From a cyanobacterium endosymbiont of Rhopalodia gibba (GTDB lineage: Bacteria > Cyanobacteriota > Cyanobacteriia > Cyanobacteriales > Microcystaceae), in the NCBI GenBank assembly GCA_045159875.1, contig CP067995.1, positions 128,001 to 192,000 of the forward strand: a DNA stretch of 64,000 nt, given 5' to 3'. Numbering within the stretch: the first letter of the stretch is position 1; every line of letters starts with the position of its first letter. The position numbers were made by a program, and so were the translations under genes. The notes under the pieces were generated by a model. The model saw nothing but the letters and a program-made list of their open reading frames with translations. It had not been told where the DNA came from and did no database searches. Below, piece after piece: positions 44,500 to 56,665 of this stretch.

Positions 44500-45060
44500 A
44501 TGATACTTGAATCAATAAGTTAAATAAATTTATTTTTTTAGAGAGGGCCTATTCTGTCATAATAATAGAAATAAAAAATGTAAATTAGTTAATGGAGAAT
44601 TAAAACTGAAACATCCTGCTAGTAATTTTTACTTACCTTTTTTATAAAGTAGAAATTGATCGAATTCAACAGTAATAGTAAGTAATTTCTAGTCTTATAG
44701 ATATGAGAAATACTGAGAGTAGACTAAGAATTTGTAATGTATTTTTTTTATAGAAAAATTGATATTAAAAAAATTTAAAAATATACACTGTAAGTTTATA
44801 ATTGCCTGACTTCTTAACGGTAAAAATTATTAGTATAGGGAATACCGAACGATAATTATTTTTATAAGTGTCCTGAGTATGTAATGATTGGAGATTATGA
44901 ATATTTAATTATTGAGTTATGAATCAAAAAATAGTATTATCGTTAATTTTTTTTATTTTATAAAGTTTTTGTAAAGCTACATGCTCTAAAGAAACCCTTT
45001 GTTATTATCAATAACAAAATAAATTTTTTAGTCGATTGATATTGAATAACTATATACTTA
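44500..45060 (+). pseudogene. Uma2 (DUF820) endonuclease-family pseudogene
   Basis: KLVNGELKLKHPAS..EIDRIQ..LTVKIIS..DNYFYKCPEY..G..EY, resembling YELVDGEL..PPAS..DYRYKRSEY. Confidence 0.6.
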
Positions 45061-45366
45061 CAGACCTTTTTATATGTCTGCAGAATAAAATAATAGGGTA
45101 AGATTAGAGGCTAACTATCTAAATTTTGCTTTCCCTTACTTAAGATTAATTTCAATGTATTTCAGAAGAAAGTATATTACCTATTTCCAGTAAGATTTCC
45201 TGATTTGTGACAAAACTTTGTTAGTCTAAATTTCATGAGTAAGTTCAATAGCTTACACATAATTTTGATCAATCACAGAAGATAAAGCTATCATGAAAGA
45301 AGTGTTTAAAAAAAACTTAGTCATTACCAGAAATAGTTTCTCAATACAAATATTGGTCAGTTTTTT

Positions 45367-45406
45367 CTAACTAATCTAACTAATTTAACTAATCTAGCTA
45401 ATCTAG
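45367..45406. repeat. Tandem 9-mer (CTAATCTAR-like), about 4.5 copies
   Basis: ctaa ctaatctaa ctaatttaa ctaatctag ctaatctag. Confidence 0.7.
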
Positions 45407-45697
45407 GTCACAGTGGAACTTCAAGGACTCAGTATTCTTTAGAAACTTTTTAGGTTGTTATACTTCATTAGGCAGAATATTTTTAACGATTAAAGCCGTA
45501 TTGAGAAGATTTCTATCATTAGCGGAGTTGCTCGGCAAGTTTTCCTGCTCGAACCATATAGCTGATAATCTACAATTACGCGGTACCATGCGTTAAGTCA
45601 TAGGTATCGAATCAATTAGGTCGCTGAGCCTCTACAACATAGGAGATAAATACTGAAAATTAGGAATGATACATGTATAACAGATTGCCTTACTCTA

Positions 45698-46531
45698 TCA
45701 TCCTTTAACCCCACTTCCTATATCAGTGGGAATAATGTATTTTTGCAAAAACACAAATAATAATAAGGCTGGGGCAATAGAAATGATTGAACCGGCTGCA
45801 ATTAACCGCCAGTCGAGATCTAAAGCACTGGCTAACTTAGCAACGCCCAAAGGGAGAGTATAATGTTCAGGGCGATCAAGAATAATTAATGGCCATAAAA
45901 AGTCACTCCAAGCCCCAATAAAGACAAAAATAGCTAAAGTAACTAAAGCTGGACGTACCGCAGCAATCATAATATGCCACCAAATGTCCAATTCTGAACA
46001 ACCATCAATACGGGCAGCTTCTTCTAATTCTTTGGGGACTCCTTGAAATGCTTGACGTAATAGAAAAATACCAAATGCTGAGGCTAAATTTGGAAAAATA
46101 ATTCCAAGATAAGTGTTACGAAGTCCCAATTGTACTGTCAGGATATACAAAGGAATCATCACAATTTGGAAGGGAATCATAATGGTGGCTACAATGACGA
46201 CAAATAAAAGATCTCGTCCTCGAAAATCTAGTCTAGCGAGGGGATAAGCAGCCAGAGAACAAAATAATAGGTTTAAGCTAACGGTTAAAATCGCAACCAC
46301 AATACTGTTAAATAAATAGCGTCCAAAAGGATAAGTTTGCCAAACTGATAGAAAATTATCCCAGCTGGGGTTTTGGGGAAGCAATTGCCAGGAAACGGTA
46401 AAAATATCTTCTGCGGGAGATTTGAATGCAGTACTAAATAACCAGAAGAGAGGAAAAAGCATTCCTAGGGCGATAAGAGTTAAAAGTAAGTAGCGAATAC
46501 CAGTTTTACTTAGAGATTTACAATTTACCAT
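45698..46531 (-). CDS. Carbohydrate ABC transporter permease (MalG/LacG-like)
   Basis: ELEEAARIDG EAA loop; six TM segments. Confidence 0.92.
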   Translation of the reverse strand: MVNCKSLSKTGIRYLLLTLIALGMLFPLFWLFSTAFKSPAEDIFTVSWQLLPQNPSWDNFLSVWQTYPFGRYLFNSIVVAILTVSLNLLFCSLAAYPLARLDFRGRDLLFVVIVATIMIPFQIVMIPLYILTVQLGLRNTYLGIIFPNLASAFGIFLLRQAFQGVPKELEEAARIDGCSELDIWWHIMIAAVRPALVTLAIFVFIGAWSDFLWPLIILDRPEHYTLPLGVAKLASALDLDWRLIAAGSIISIAPALLLFVFLQKYIIPTDIGSGVKG

Positions 46532-46786
46532 TGATGGAAAATTAACGAGTTTCAGTAGGTGTTGGACTTTTTTGGAAATTAGTATCAGGCTGTATGGGCA
46601 ATATTTTAGCTAAAATAGTGTATTATGATCCAGCTTTATAGTCAGTCTTTTAGGCCTGAAGCAGTAACTGTGGACTTAATATATAAACTAAGATATTTGG
46701 TTCCAAAACTTAAATGGCAATACTATATTTTTACTTTTTATTATAAATACTTTACTTTTTTATCGAACTTTTTTTAGAAAAAAGGA

Positions 46787-48646
46787 GTGTTCATATTGTC
46801 CCCAGTTGTACCCTTACTATCAAATAATGATATCTTAGAAACTCGTTTGAAGGAACTTCCTTCTGAACCAGGGATCTATCTAATGCGTAATGGAGAGGGA
46901 GATATTCTTTATATTGGAAAGTCAAAAAAACTGCGATCACGGGTTCGTTCCTATTTCCAAAAATCCCAATCCCACATTCCTCGCATTGCTTTGATGCTTC
47001 AACAAGTTACCGATATTGAGTTTATTGTTACTGATACAGAAGCTGAAGCATTAGCTTTAGAAGCAAACCTGATCAAACAACATCAACCATATTTCAATGT
47101 TCTCCTTAAAGATGACAAGAAATATCCTTACGTTTGCATTACTTGGTCGGAGGAATATCCCCGTATTTTTATTACTCGTAAACGACGATTAAACAAGGAA
47201 CGTGATCGCTATTATGGTCCTTATGTAGACACTTATTTATTAAGATATACCTTACGGTTAGTTAAACAAGTTTTTCCCTTACGTCAGCGTCCCAAACCTC
47301 TTTTTAAAGATCGTCCTTGTCTTAACTATGAACTTGGAAAATGTCCCGGGGTTTGTCAAGGATTAGTTTCTACTGAAGATTACAATAAAATTGTGGAAAA
47401 GATAGCGATGATTTTTCAGGGGAGAACTGCAGAATTAATAGCAATTCTTAAATACCAAATGGAAAAAGAAGTAGTTAAATTAAACTTCGAAAAAGCTGCT
47501 TCTATTCGGGATCAACTTAAAGCAATAAATACATTAACAGTAGATCAAAAAGTTTCATTACCTGATGATACTATCTCACGAGATGCTATTGCTTTGTCCA
47601 GCGATGCTAAATATTGTTGTATTCAATTATTCCAAATTCGTGCTGGTCGTTTAGTAGGAAGGTTAGGTTTTTTTACAGATGCTGATTCAGGAATTCCTGG
47701 AGCAATTTTACAACGGGTTTGTGAAGAACATTACCTGCAAGCGGATGGGGTAGAAATCCCTACTGAAATTATTGTTCAATATAAGTTGCCAGAAATGGAG
47801 ATTTTGGAAAAATGGTTAAGTAAACGCAAGGGGAAAAAAGTATCTATTATTGTTCCTCAACGGCAATTAAAAGCCCAATTGATTGATATGGTAGAACGAA
47901 ATGCAAACTATGAGTTAGAACGGACTCAACGAACAGTAGAACAAAATTTAACGGCAATGGAAGATCTCACGCAAGTGTTAGGTTTACCAGAGTTACCACG
48001 ACGTATTGAAGGTTATGATATTTCCCATATTCAAGGGGCAAATGCGGTTGCTTCACAAGTAGTTTTTATTGATGGAATTCCTGCCAAACAACATTATCGG
48101 CATTTTAAAATCAAAAGTCCTACGGTAAAAATTGGTCATTCTGATGATTTTGCTAGTATGGCTGAAGTTATTTGTCGCCGCTTTCGTAATTATCAATCTG
48201 ACAGTGAAGATCGTCCCAATATAATTATGATTGATGGAGGAAAAGGCCAACTTTCAGCTGTTGTAACTGTGTTAGAAGAATTAAACTTAATGGAAGAATT
48301 TAAGGTAGTAAGTTTAGCTAAACAAAAAGAAGAAATTTTTCTTCCTAGGGAGTCTAAACCATTAACAACTAACTCGGAACAACCTGGAGTTCTCTTGTTA
48401 AGAAGAGTACGGGATGAAGCTCACCGTTTTGCTGTTAGTTTTCATCGTCAACAAAGGCTAAAAAAAAGTCTGCGATCACGATTAGATGAAATTCCAGGGT
48501 TAGGATTTGAACGTCAAAAACATTTGTTAGCCTATTTTCATTCTATTGATTATATTCGGGAAGCTTCTATAGAAGAATTACAACAAGTTCCCGGTGTTGG
48601 TAAAGCTTTAGCTAAGGAAATCTATAATTATTTTCATCCCCATTAA
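46787..48646 (+). CDS. uvrC: Excinuclease ABC subunit C
   Basis: GIY-YIG domain, [24 protein letters not shown] and HhH motifs. Confidence 0.97.
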   Translation: MFILSPVVPLLSNNDILETRLKELPSEPGIYLMRNGEGDILYIGKSKKLRSRVRSYFQKSQSHIPRIALMLQQVTDIEFIVTDTEAEALALEANLIKQHQPYFNVLLKDDKKYPYVCITWSEEYPRIFITRKRRLNKERDRYYGPYVDTYLLRYTLRLVKQVFPLRQRPKPLFKDRPCLNYELGKCPGVCQGLVSTEDYNKIVEKIAMIFQGRTAELIAILKYQMEKEVVKLNFEKAASIRDQLKAINTLTVDQKVSLPDDTISRDAIALSSDAKYCCIQLFQIRAGRLVGRLGFFTDADSGIPGAILQRVCEEHYLQADGVEIPTEIIVQYKLPEMEILEKWLSKRKGKKVSIIVPQRQLKAQLIDMVERNANYELERTQRTVEQNLTAMEDLTQVLGLPELPRRIEGYDISHIQGANAVASQVVFIDGIPAKQHYRHFKIKSPTVKIGHSDDFASMAEVICRRFRNYQSDSEDRPNIIMIDGGKGQLSAVVTVLEELNLMEEFKVVSLAKQKEEIFLPRESKPLTTNSEQPGVLLLRRVRDEAHRFAVSFHRQQRLKKSLRSRLDEIPGLGFERQKHLLAYFHSIDYIREASIEELQQVPGVGKALAKEIYNYFHPH

Positions 48647-49132
48647 CTTTACTTTTTATATACTGCTCCATCCCAACGAAAAAAAAGCAACACGCCATAG
48701 ACATCAACATTTATTTTTTCACTAATAGAGTTCTCCTATGTATAAAAAAGGGGTGATGCTAAATAGGTAAGTATAAAAACCATTTTAGGATTTTTGTATT
48801 TTGCTGGGGCTTTCGAATTTTTCTTTTGAGAGATAGAGCGATTATTCAGCAAGACAAAGCCAGTGATTTTATTCTTCAATAGCTCATTTTCTCACAGAAG
48901 ATAGAGCTAAATACTATACACAAGCATCAGCAATCATTGCAATAACTCAGGATTATTTTCAATAAACTACTGTGATTAATGATTAGATTAGTAATAAAAA
49001 CGATCATCATGCAAAGATGATATCACAATAAAAATCTTAGTAATATAGAGTGCGAGTAGTGACATAATCAAGAACATCAAGTTTGTTAGGCGAAAGCTCA
49101 AGGTCTTCCGTTCCCGACAGTCTTGGCTTATT

Positions 49133-49702
49133 TTGTTAACCTCGATGGGGTTTATAACCTGTTTAGCTTTTGAAGGATTAAGACAGTCTCCATTACAAGC
49201 ACAATATGTTTCAACAGTCACTTCTAGAAATATTTGGCAATATACCTCATTTCCAGTAGAAAACTTTCAAACATACACCTCTAAATATGGTTGTCGTACA
49301 TCTCCAATTACTGGAGAAACTCAATTTCATCGAGGGTTAGATATGGCTGCCTCCTTGGGTAGTTATGTGCGAAATTGGTGGGTAGGTCGAGTGATAAGTT
49401 TATCCGATCATACTGCTTGTGGAACAATGATTAAAATTCAATTAGGACAGTGGCAACATATTTACTGCCATTTGATGGGAGCAGTCGAAAACACTCCTCA
49501 GGGAGGTTATTTGATAGATCGAGATGGGGGAATTATCGTTTGGCAAGCTCAAGAAATTCCAGCAGGGGTAAGAATTGGTCGTGTTGGGATTACTGGCAGA
49601 ACTACTGGTTCTCATTTACATTGGGGATTAAAATATGGAGATCAATATATTAAGCCTGGGTTAGTAATTAAGGAGATGTTCTGCTATCAACTATCTTCTT
49701 GA
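49133..49702 (+). CDS. M23 family metallopeptidase (start codon uncertain)
   Basis: HRGLD, YCHL and TGSHLHW zinc motifs. Confidence 0.8.
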   Translation: MLTSMGFITCLAFEGLRQSPLQAQYVSTVTSRNIWQYTSFPVENFQTYTSKYGCRTSPITGETQFHRGLDMAASLGSYVRNWWVGRVISLSDHTACGTMIKIQLGQWQHIYCHLMGAVENTPQGGYLIDRDGGIIVWQAQEIPAGVRIGRVGITGRTTGSHLHWGLKYGDQYIKPGLVIKEMFCYQLSS

Positions 49703-50281
49703 AGTCGACAGTAATAGTTCGGGTTTATCTGTGATCACAAACCAGTAAACTGCTGATGTAAACATATCTACTGCTAACTGCTGTTGTTCAAATTTCTATC
49801 AGTATCCAGATTTATGTTTGGAATAGTTTGTTAGTTTCTGTCATCTTCTTTTCAATAGAACTTATTTTTTTGTATGCTAAATTATCGTTAATATTTTCAG
49901 ATTAACTCTGAATTAGTTAAATCACTATTATCAATGCTTGAATTATAGTTTTTATATTTTTAAAATACATATTAGATTCTAATTTATTGAAATATTTTTT
50001 GTTAAGAACAACTAGTATATCAGTTATAAAAAAGTGTAGTGGCTATCATAAAAAATGAATTAATATCTACATTTATAGATAAAATTCTCTCAAGATTATT
50101 TATTTATTTTTATTTTTAAAATTTAAGTATTAAGGGGTTAGTCTTCTTTTTTTAGCATCTAATAGTTATTTTTTTATCAATTTACATATCTATATAATGT
50201 TTTTGTTGAGAAGATTTAATTAACACCTTTAAGATTTAAGTTAAGATATAATCAAAACTCTAGAATACCTAATCATTAGGA

Positions 50282-50977
50282 TTATATAATCCTACCATAA
50301 CGAGCTGTAGACTCACCTTTTTGCCAAGCCCACATTTGATCCCCTAAAGAAAAATGCCACCATTCCCTAGGATGACGACAAAATCCTGCTTGACTCATAA
50401 TATTATTTAAAATTTCTCGTCGCTGATGATAGGTTCTTTCTGTTTTAGAATTATTATTAATATAATAATTAGGGTGTGAGCGCTCTGAAAGTTCATCAAT
50501 CTCTCCCCCCATATTGAGAGAATTTTCTTGATTATTAACTAAGGTAATATCAATAGCAGCCCCGGTACTATGGGGAGGAGGAGTCGCGCGGTCATCACTG
50601 GGAATTGCCCAAATTTGATATACTTTTTCCCAGATAGTTTGTTGTTGTTGAAGGGTTAAGTTTTCTAGAATTAACTTTTGTTCTTTAATAACTAGATTAA
50701 AGGTATAATCGACCATAAATTGTTGCACTTGTACAGGTCGATAGGCATCAAAAATTTGTATGTTCCATCTTGGATATTCTTGATGTAAATAACTTTGAGC
50801 ATTTAACAAAGCATCCAAAACCCCTTGACGTAAATAATAGGGAGATTTTTCTTTATAAATTGCTCCTAATTTTTTATAGGGATGGGGTGATTCTATAGAA
50901 AATTTTTCAAGGGGAATAGTAACTAACGGTTCCCCGCAATCTTGTATGGGAATGCTATGATAAGGCTTAATATTCAC
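50282..50977 (-). CDS. ddpX: D-Ala-D-Ala dipeptidase (VanX/DdpX, M15D)
   Basis: FDAYRP, HSTGAAID and EWWHF motifs. Confidence 0.88.
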   Translation of the reverse strand: MNIKPYHSIPIQDCGEPLVTIPLEKFSIESPHPYKKLGAIYKEKSPYYLRQGVLDALLNAQSYLHQEYPRWNIQIFDAYRPVQVQQFMVDYTFNLVIKEQKLILENLTLQQQQTIWEKVYQIWAIPSDDRATPPPHSTGAAIDITLVNNQENSLNMGGEIDELSERSHPNYYINNNSKTERTYHQRREILNNIMSQAGFCRHPREWWHFSLGDQMWAWQKGESTARYGRII

Positions 50978-51276
50978 TGATTTACTATTAGTAACTGGTA
51001 AGAAATAAGCGAAGACAAAGAAAGTTTAAAATAAAACACCGTGACTTCACTGTGTAATCTCGTTAAATACTATCGCAAATCGAGAATTATTGCTATTTTC
51101 AGGATTACAGCTTCTAGTCTATTTGAGATAATAGACTTAGTGTTTCTTTATCTAATCGAGTAAATCATTAATAATATATCTAATTAACCCTTATATATAC
51201 CTTTACAGAAGTTAATTTAATATCTCTCTATTATTTCTGATTTTTTTATTAGTTAGGGTTTTTATTCCTTTTAAAG

Positions 51277-51323
51277 ATAACTAACTTAAAGTTAAATTTA
51301 ATATTTAACTTTAAGTTAGTTAT
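51277..51323. repeat. Perfect 21-bp inverted repeat with 5-nt loop
   Basis: ATAACTAACTTAAAGTTAAAT-ttaat-ATTTAACTTTAAGTTAGTTAT. Confidence 0.85.
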
Positions 51324-51886
51324 TGATATAATTAGGTGATTTATTTATGAGTATATTATTTTAAGTTATTGCTGAAAATTTAATACTTCCTCTATCTTTT
51401 TTTAAAGATAATAATTTAGTTAGCAATTCTACCTGAATTTTTAAAAAAATCAGTAATTATACATGGACTTATCCAGAGCTAATTTTTTCAGTGTCTTTTT
51501 TGCTAATTTTAATTTTCAGCTTAAAGTAGCTTAAATATTAAATTAATATGGCGTTCGAGAAGTATATATAATGTTTCTTGTTTAAGATAACCATTGTGGA
51601 GATAGGAAGTCATAAAGCGTTATTAAATCATAAAATAATCGATCATCATCTTCATCATTTATAAGAAGCAAAATAACTTTTATCGGATAGAAATTACTAT
51701 ACTTTAATATTTTAAAACTTAAATTATACTGATTTCGTCCCCAATAACCTATAGTTGGTTATAATTAAACTAAATTAAACAGTCAGTTAATTATATTTGA
51801 TTTGTATTTAACCTTTAAGAGAGTTGATGATTGTCAATTCAGTTTTCGATAACTAATAAAAAATCTGTAATTACTGGTTAATATCT

Positions 51887-53254
51887 ATGAATTCTGTTTG
51901 GAATAAATTTACTCTTTCCTATTTCTCTCCATATCAATGGCTTAGTGGCAGTTATTTATATCGTACTGTCGGTTTACTGAGTCAATGGCAACAGGGAAGT
52001 TTCCTTTTAAAATGGGGAGAGCCTCTTGGTGCATTACTGATTAGTATTGTCTTTGTTTTTGGACCTTTTATTACCACTGGTCTAATTGGGGTTTGGTTAA
52101 TAGCTTTAGCTGGGTATTGGGGAATATTAACCATATCTGATCAGGGACCCCCAGGAGTTACTCCTATTCATCTGATGGTAATGTTGTATTGGGTAATTGC
52201 TGCTATTGCAGTAGTATTTTCTCCCGTAAAAGCAACTGCATTGTCAGGGTTAATTAAGTTAAGTTTGTATATTTTCTTTTTTGGGATATGTGCGCGAATT
52301 TTACGATCATCTCGTCTTACTAACTGGCTGATTACTGTTGTTATACTAATTGGCTTAGTGGTCAGTTCCTATGGAGTCAGACAAAATCTTTTTGGAGTTG
52401 AACAGTTAGCTACCTGGAATGATCCTACCTCTAAATTAGCGCAAGCAACTCGTGTTTATAGTTATTTAGGTAATCCTAATTTACTTTCTGCTTATTTATT
52501 TCCGGCAATCGCCTTGAGTATTGGGGCAGTTTTTGTCTGGCGAGGTTGGTTGCCGAAAACTCTAGCAGTTACCATGGTTTTAACTGATTCTGCTTGTCTA
52601 TATTTTACAGGCAGCAGAGGCGGATGGATTGGCATGATAGCCTTGTTAGTCGTCTTTATGTTATTGCTTTTCCTCTGGTTCTGGGAATTTTTGCCTAATT
52701 TTTGGCAAAAATGGTTATTAACTCTAGTATTAGGAGGGTTTACAGGATTTATCTTGGTTGCGGTGATAACGATAGAACCTTTACGGTTACGAGTTATGAG
52801 TATTTTCGCTGGACGTGAAGACAGTAGTAATAATTTTCGGATGAACGTCTGGATGAGAGTGATCGATATGATAAAAGATTATCCCCTAACGGGTATTGGT
52901 CCAGGAAATGGGGCTTTTAATATTGTTTATCCTCGTTATATGAGTCCTAAATATAGTGCTTTAAGTGCCTATTCTATCTTCCTGGAAACAGCAGTGGAAA
53001 TGGGATTAATTGGCTTAGGAATTTTTCTTTGGTTAATTGTGGTTATCCTTAATCAAGGGGTTCAACAAATGCAACGGTTACGTTTAGGATACAATACCCA
53101 AGGCTTTTGGTTAATAGCGTCGACCGCGGCCATGGCTGGTCTTTTGGTTCAAGGGTTAGTCGACACAGTTTGGTATCGTCCTCAAGTTAATACTTTGTGG
53201 TGGTTTGTCGTGGCTTTGATCGCTAGTAAGTATCAATTTACGACAAAAGAATAA
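51887..53254 (+). CDS. ictB: IctB family (O-antigen ligase-like) membrane protein
   Basis: RVYSYLGNPNLL, TGSRGGW, DSSNNFR.NVW, GIGPGN and DTVWYRPQV motifs. Confidence 0.92.
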   Translation: MNSVWNKFTLSYFSPYQWLSGSYLYRTVGLLSQWQQGSFLLKWGEPLGALLISIVFVFGPFITTGLIGVWLIALAGYWGILTISDQGPPGVTPIHLMVMLYWVIAAIAVVFSPVKATALSGLIKLSLYIFFFGICARILRSSRLTNWLITVVILIGLVVSSYGVRQNLFGVEQLATWNDPTSKLAQATRVYSYLGNPNLLSAYLFPAIALSIGAVFVWRGWLPKTLAVTMVLTDSACLYFTGSRGGWIGMIALLVVFMLLLFLWFWEFLPNFWQKWLLTLVLGGFTGFILVAVITIEPLRLRVMSIFAGREDSSNNFRMNVWMRVIDMIKDYPLTGIGPGNGAFNIVYPRYMSPKYSALSAYSIFLETAVEMGLIGLGIFLWLIVVILNQGVQQMQRLRLGYNTQGFWLIASTAAMAGLLVQGLVDTVWYRPQVNTLWWFVVALIASKYQFTTKE

Positions 53255-54254
53255 ACAATAAAATGATTTTTCTTAAATTATTTTATTGCTGTTTATCTAG
53301 TAAACACCTACCTATGGGACACTTACTACTATTCAAAAAGTTTTTTTAACTCGCAAACACCGACTGTAAAGGATATCTAGGATGTTTATAGCCAAGTCAG
53401 TATAATTTTTTTTCAACGTTCTGATAAATTAGAAATGTCATGTTTGTTATCAGCAAAAATTAATTTTAAAACAAATTTATAAACGTTTTAAAAACTATTA
53501 AAAGCACCACTTATGCTTTTATATTAACACTCCCCATATATGTTTATTTTTTAGTTAACAAACTCCTTTGAGGTTTCTGAATTCTTGACAAGAGATCTTT
53601 CTACTTCTGAACCATTTTGTTCCGGGCGTGATTCGATAGTTTTTATAACTGCTGTCGCTCATTCATGTTTATCTTTCAAGATCCTATCGGTTAATTCATC
53701 ATTCGTTTTTAATACTGTTCGATTTCGTGGAATAAGAATATAAATATTTTTTCTGAGTCTGCTCAACTCTTTTTAGCTCCCTTCGTTCAGATAAGCTACA
53801 AGTGATAGCTTACGCTAGATTAAAGCTTTTTTAAACAAATTTATTCTACAGCTTTGCGGAGTATTCTATAATACTATCAATCCAAATTGATGCCATGGAT
53901 GAATTGTTGTACAGACTGTTCTTAGTATAGATAGCAGTCTTCCCGATTAAATAATGTTCTTCTCTATTCTGACTTTGGAAATATTTTTAAAGAAAAAGAC
54001 GACATTAACTAACTAGAGTTTTTATGGCTAACTCTGTTAAAATACTTTAGGAGCTGTCTGTGGTAATCGTTTTTAACGCTGTAACATACGTTAGCATAGT
54101 GCTACGTATTTATGTATAACTACTTAGGCGAAACAATTTCATTCAAGCAGTCCAGAAATGAAAAGGTTAATCACCTTCCTTTCACCAGAAAATTTGGGTA
54201 AAAGCTCTGTCGTAGAACGATAGCTTTACGTTATAATGTTAAATGGAATAACAC

Positions 54255-56249
54255 ATGAACCCAACCAACAATATTCTTATCATTGGCGGTGGCATTATTG
54301 GCTTGTCCATCGCTGTAGATCTTAGATTGAAAGGCGCGTCTGTCACCCTCCTCAACCGCAATTTTTCCCAAACGGCAAGCCAAGCAGCTGCGGGAATGTT
54401 GGCCCCCCATGCAGAAGCCATAACTCCAGGCCCTTTTCTGAATTTATGTATTAAGTCTCGCTGGTTATACCCTGAATGGGTTCGCAAAATTCAAGACCTT
54501 ACTGGACTCGATCTAGGATACAATCCTTGCGGTATTATAGCTCCTGTCTACGATCTTCCTTCCGAGTATTTGCGCAATACCGCTACCGCTCAGTGGTTAG
54601 ACAAGACCGCCATTCGTTTCTATCAACCAGGGTTAGGAAATGATGTCGTCGGAGGATGGTGGTATCCCGAAGATGGTCAAGTAGACAACTGCAAAGTGAT
54701 GAGAGCTCTCGGCAAAGCAGCCCAGCAATTAGGCATTAACGTCCGCAATGGAGTGACTGTTCAAACTGTTCAACAAAAACAAGGCAAGGTGACTAGTGTT
54801 TTAACGACTGAGGGAGAAATTAAGGCGGAGACTTACGTGATCGCTACTGGATCTTGGGCTAGTCAAATTCTTCCTTTGCCTGTGCGCCCAGTAAAGGGAC
54901 AAATGTTGTCTGTAACCATGCCCCGACAACCCGAAGAACCTTTTCCTTTACAACGGGTGTTATATGGTCCAGCTACCTACCTTGTCCCCCGACGTGATGG
55001 TCGTTTAATTATTGGCGCAACCTCTGAAGAGGTAAGTTGGACTCCTCAAAATACCCCCCAAGGCATCGAGACCTTACTAACTAGGGCGATTCGACTTTAT
55101 CCTGAATTAGCTAATTGGCCGATTCAGGAATTTTGGTGGGGCTACCGTCCGGGAACCCCAGATGAATTGCCAATTTTAGGTCAAAGTTCTTGTGATAATC
55201 TCATCTTAGCAACAGGACATTCTCGTAATGGTATTTTACTGGCTCCTATAACTGCCTCCTTAATTAGTAATTTGATTATTAACCAGAAGTCTGATCCTAT
55301 TCTCGATAATTTTCGAAGTGATCGCTTCTACAGTCTACCTACTCCTACAATTATGACAGCTTTTGAGCCAGCTCCTCCAACTCCGCTCAACGGAACTAAC
55401 GGAGCATTATCCTATCGCGAACTTTCTTCCCCTACTAACGATGACTTGATAATTGCCGGACGCAACTTTCACTCACGTTTAATGACAGGAACAGGGAAAT
55501 ATCCTAACATTGCAAGTATGCAAAACAGTGTGGCTGCTAGTGGTTGCGAAATTGTAACCGTCGCTGTTAGACGAGTGCAAACTAAAGCCCCTGGACATGA
55601 AGGGCTAGCGGAAGCTTTAGACTGGAGTAAAACCTGGATGTTGCCCAATACGGCAGGGTGTAGAACAGCTCAAGAAGCTATCCGAGTGGCTAGGTTAGGA
55701 CGAGAAATAGCAAAATTATTGGGACAAGAAGATAATAACTTCGTCAAGCTAGAAGTGATCCCAGATACTAAATATTTGCTACCTGATCCCATCGGGACTT
55801 TGCAAGCAGCTGAAATATTAGTAAAAGAAGGGTTTGCAGTACTTCCTTATATTAACGCTGATCCTCTATTAGCCAAACGTCTTGAAGAGATAGGATGTGT
55901 TACAGTGATGCCCTTAGGTTCCCCCATTGGTTCGGGTCAGGGTATTCGCAACGAAGCTAACATCACTATCATTATCCAAGAAGCGAAAGTCCCCGTAGTA
56001 GTAGATGCCGGAATAAGAACTCCCAGTGAAGCAGCAAAAGCGATGGAATTAGGAGCTGATGCAGTGTTAATTAATAGTGCGATCGCCTTGTCCAAAAATC
56101 CTGTGGAGATGGCAAAGGCAATGGGGATGGCGACTGAAGCCGGACGTTTAGCTTATTTAGGAGGTCGTATTCCTGTCAAAGAGTATGCTAGTGCTAGTTC
56201 TCCTTTGACAGGAACCATCGATAGTCAAAAGTTATCACTAACTAGGTGA
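54255..56249 (+). CDS. thiO-thiG: Fused glycine oxidase ThiO / thiazole synthase ThiG
   Basis: [21 protein letters not shown]-domain; [17 protein letters not shown] and [14 protein letters not shown]-domain. Confidence 0.95.
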   Translation: MNPTNNILIIGGGIIGLSIAVDLRLKGASVTLLNRNFSQTASQAAAGMLAPHAEAITPGPFLNLCIKSRWLYPEWVRKIQDLTGLDLGYNPCGIIAPVYDLPSEYLRNTATAQWLDKTAIRFYQPGLGNDVVGGWWYPEDGQVDNCKVMRALGKAAQQLGINVRNGVTVQTVQQKQGKVTSVLTTEGEIKAETYVIATGSWASQILPLPVRPVKGQMLSVTMPRQPEEPFPLQRVLYGPATYLVPRRDGRLIIGATSEEVSWTPQNTPQGIETLLTRAIRLYPELANWPIQEFWWGYRPGTPDELPILGQSSCDNLILATGHSRNGILLAPITASLISNLIINQKSDPILDNFRSDRFYSLPTPTIMTAFEPAPPTPLNGTNGALSYRELSSPTNDDLIIAGRNFHSRLMTGTGKYPNIASMQNSVAASGCEIVTVAVRRVQTKAPGHEGLAEALDWSKTWMLPNTAGCRTAQEAIRVARLGREIAKLLGQEDNNFVKLEVIPDTKYLLPDPIGTLQAAEILVKEGFAVLPYINADPLLAKRLEEIGCVTVMPLGSPIGSGQGIRNEANITIIIQEAKVPVVVDAGIRTPSEAAKAMELGADAVLINSAIALSKNPVEMAKAMGMATEAGRLAYLGGRIPVKEYASASSPLTGTIDSQKLSLTR

Positions 56250-56665
56250 TGCTTTTCTCCACGAGTCGCGCAGGCGTACAGCGTGGGCTTCTCTACCTCA
56301 CAATAAGACGTTATTATTTCAATATATAGAAAGTATTAATATTTATCTATTCCCATTCAGATGCCTCCACAGTGAGCATCGCTGACTATTCATCAGCTAT
56401 AAATACATTGTTTTTTAAGCTCCAGAAAAACTTTTCTACTCGCTTTGATCTTTTTAACGTTATTAATTATGTAGCTGGCTCAAGCTAGGGACGTATATCT
56501 CTACTAGCTAGAGCGATGGAGTTTGTCTTTTGTATTTCCCAGTCTGTTTCCATGTATCGATTAGACTTATTCTATTCCAGGTTTTCTAGCTTCGTCGTAA
56601 AGTACTGAAGTACTGAGTGCGCTTTCATCCCGACGCTAAAAAATTGCAGCGGTTATTCTCCTCTG
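56247..56665. mobile_element. Possible IS200/IS605- or IS607-type end relics
   Basis: Minus strand GAAGCCCACGCTGTACGCC...ATCAC; plus strand GCTTTCATCCCGACGCTAAA; both resemble recalled IS605-group end hairpins; no ORF left. Confidence 0.35.

Noticed and set aside
45367..45406. Tandem repeat as a CRISPR array
   Set aside because: 9-bp units without spacers, and no cas genes in the window
54255..56249. ThiO-ThiG fusion as a novelty
   Set aside because: This fusion is already known in cyanobacteria
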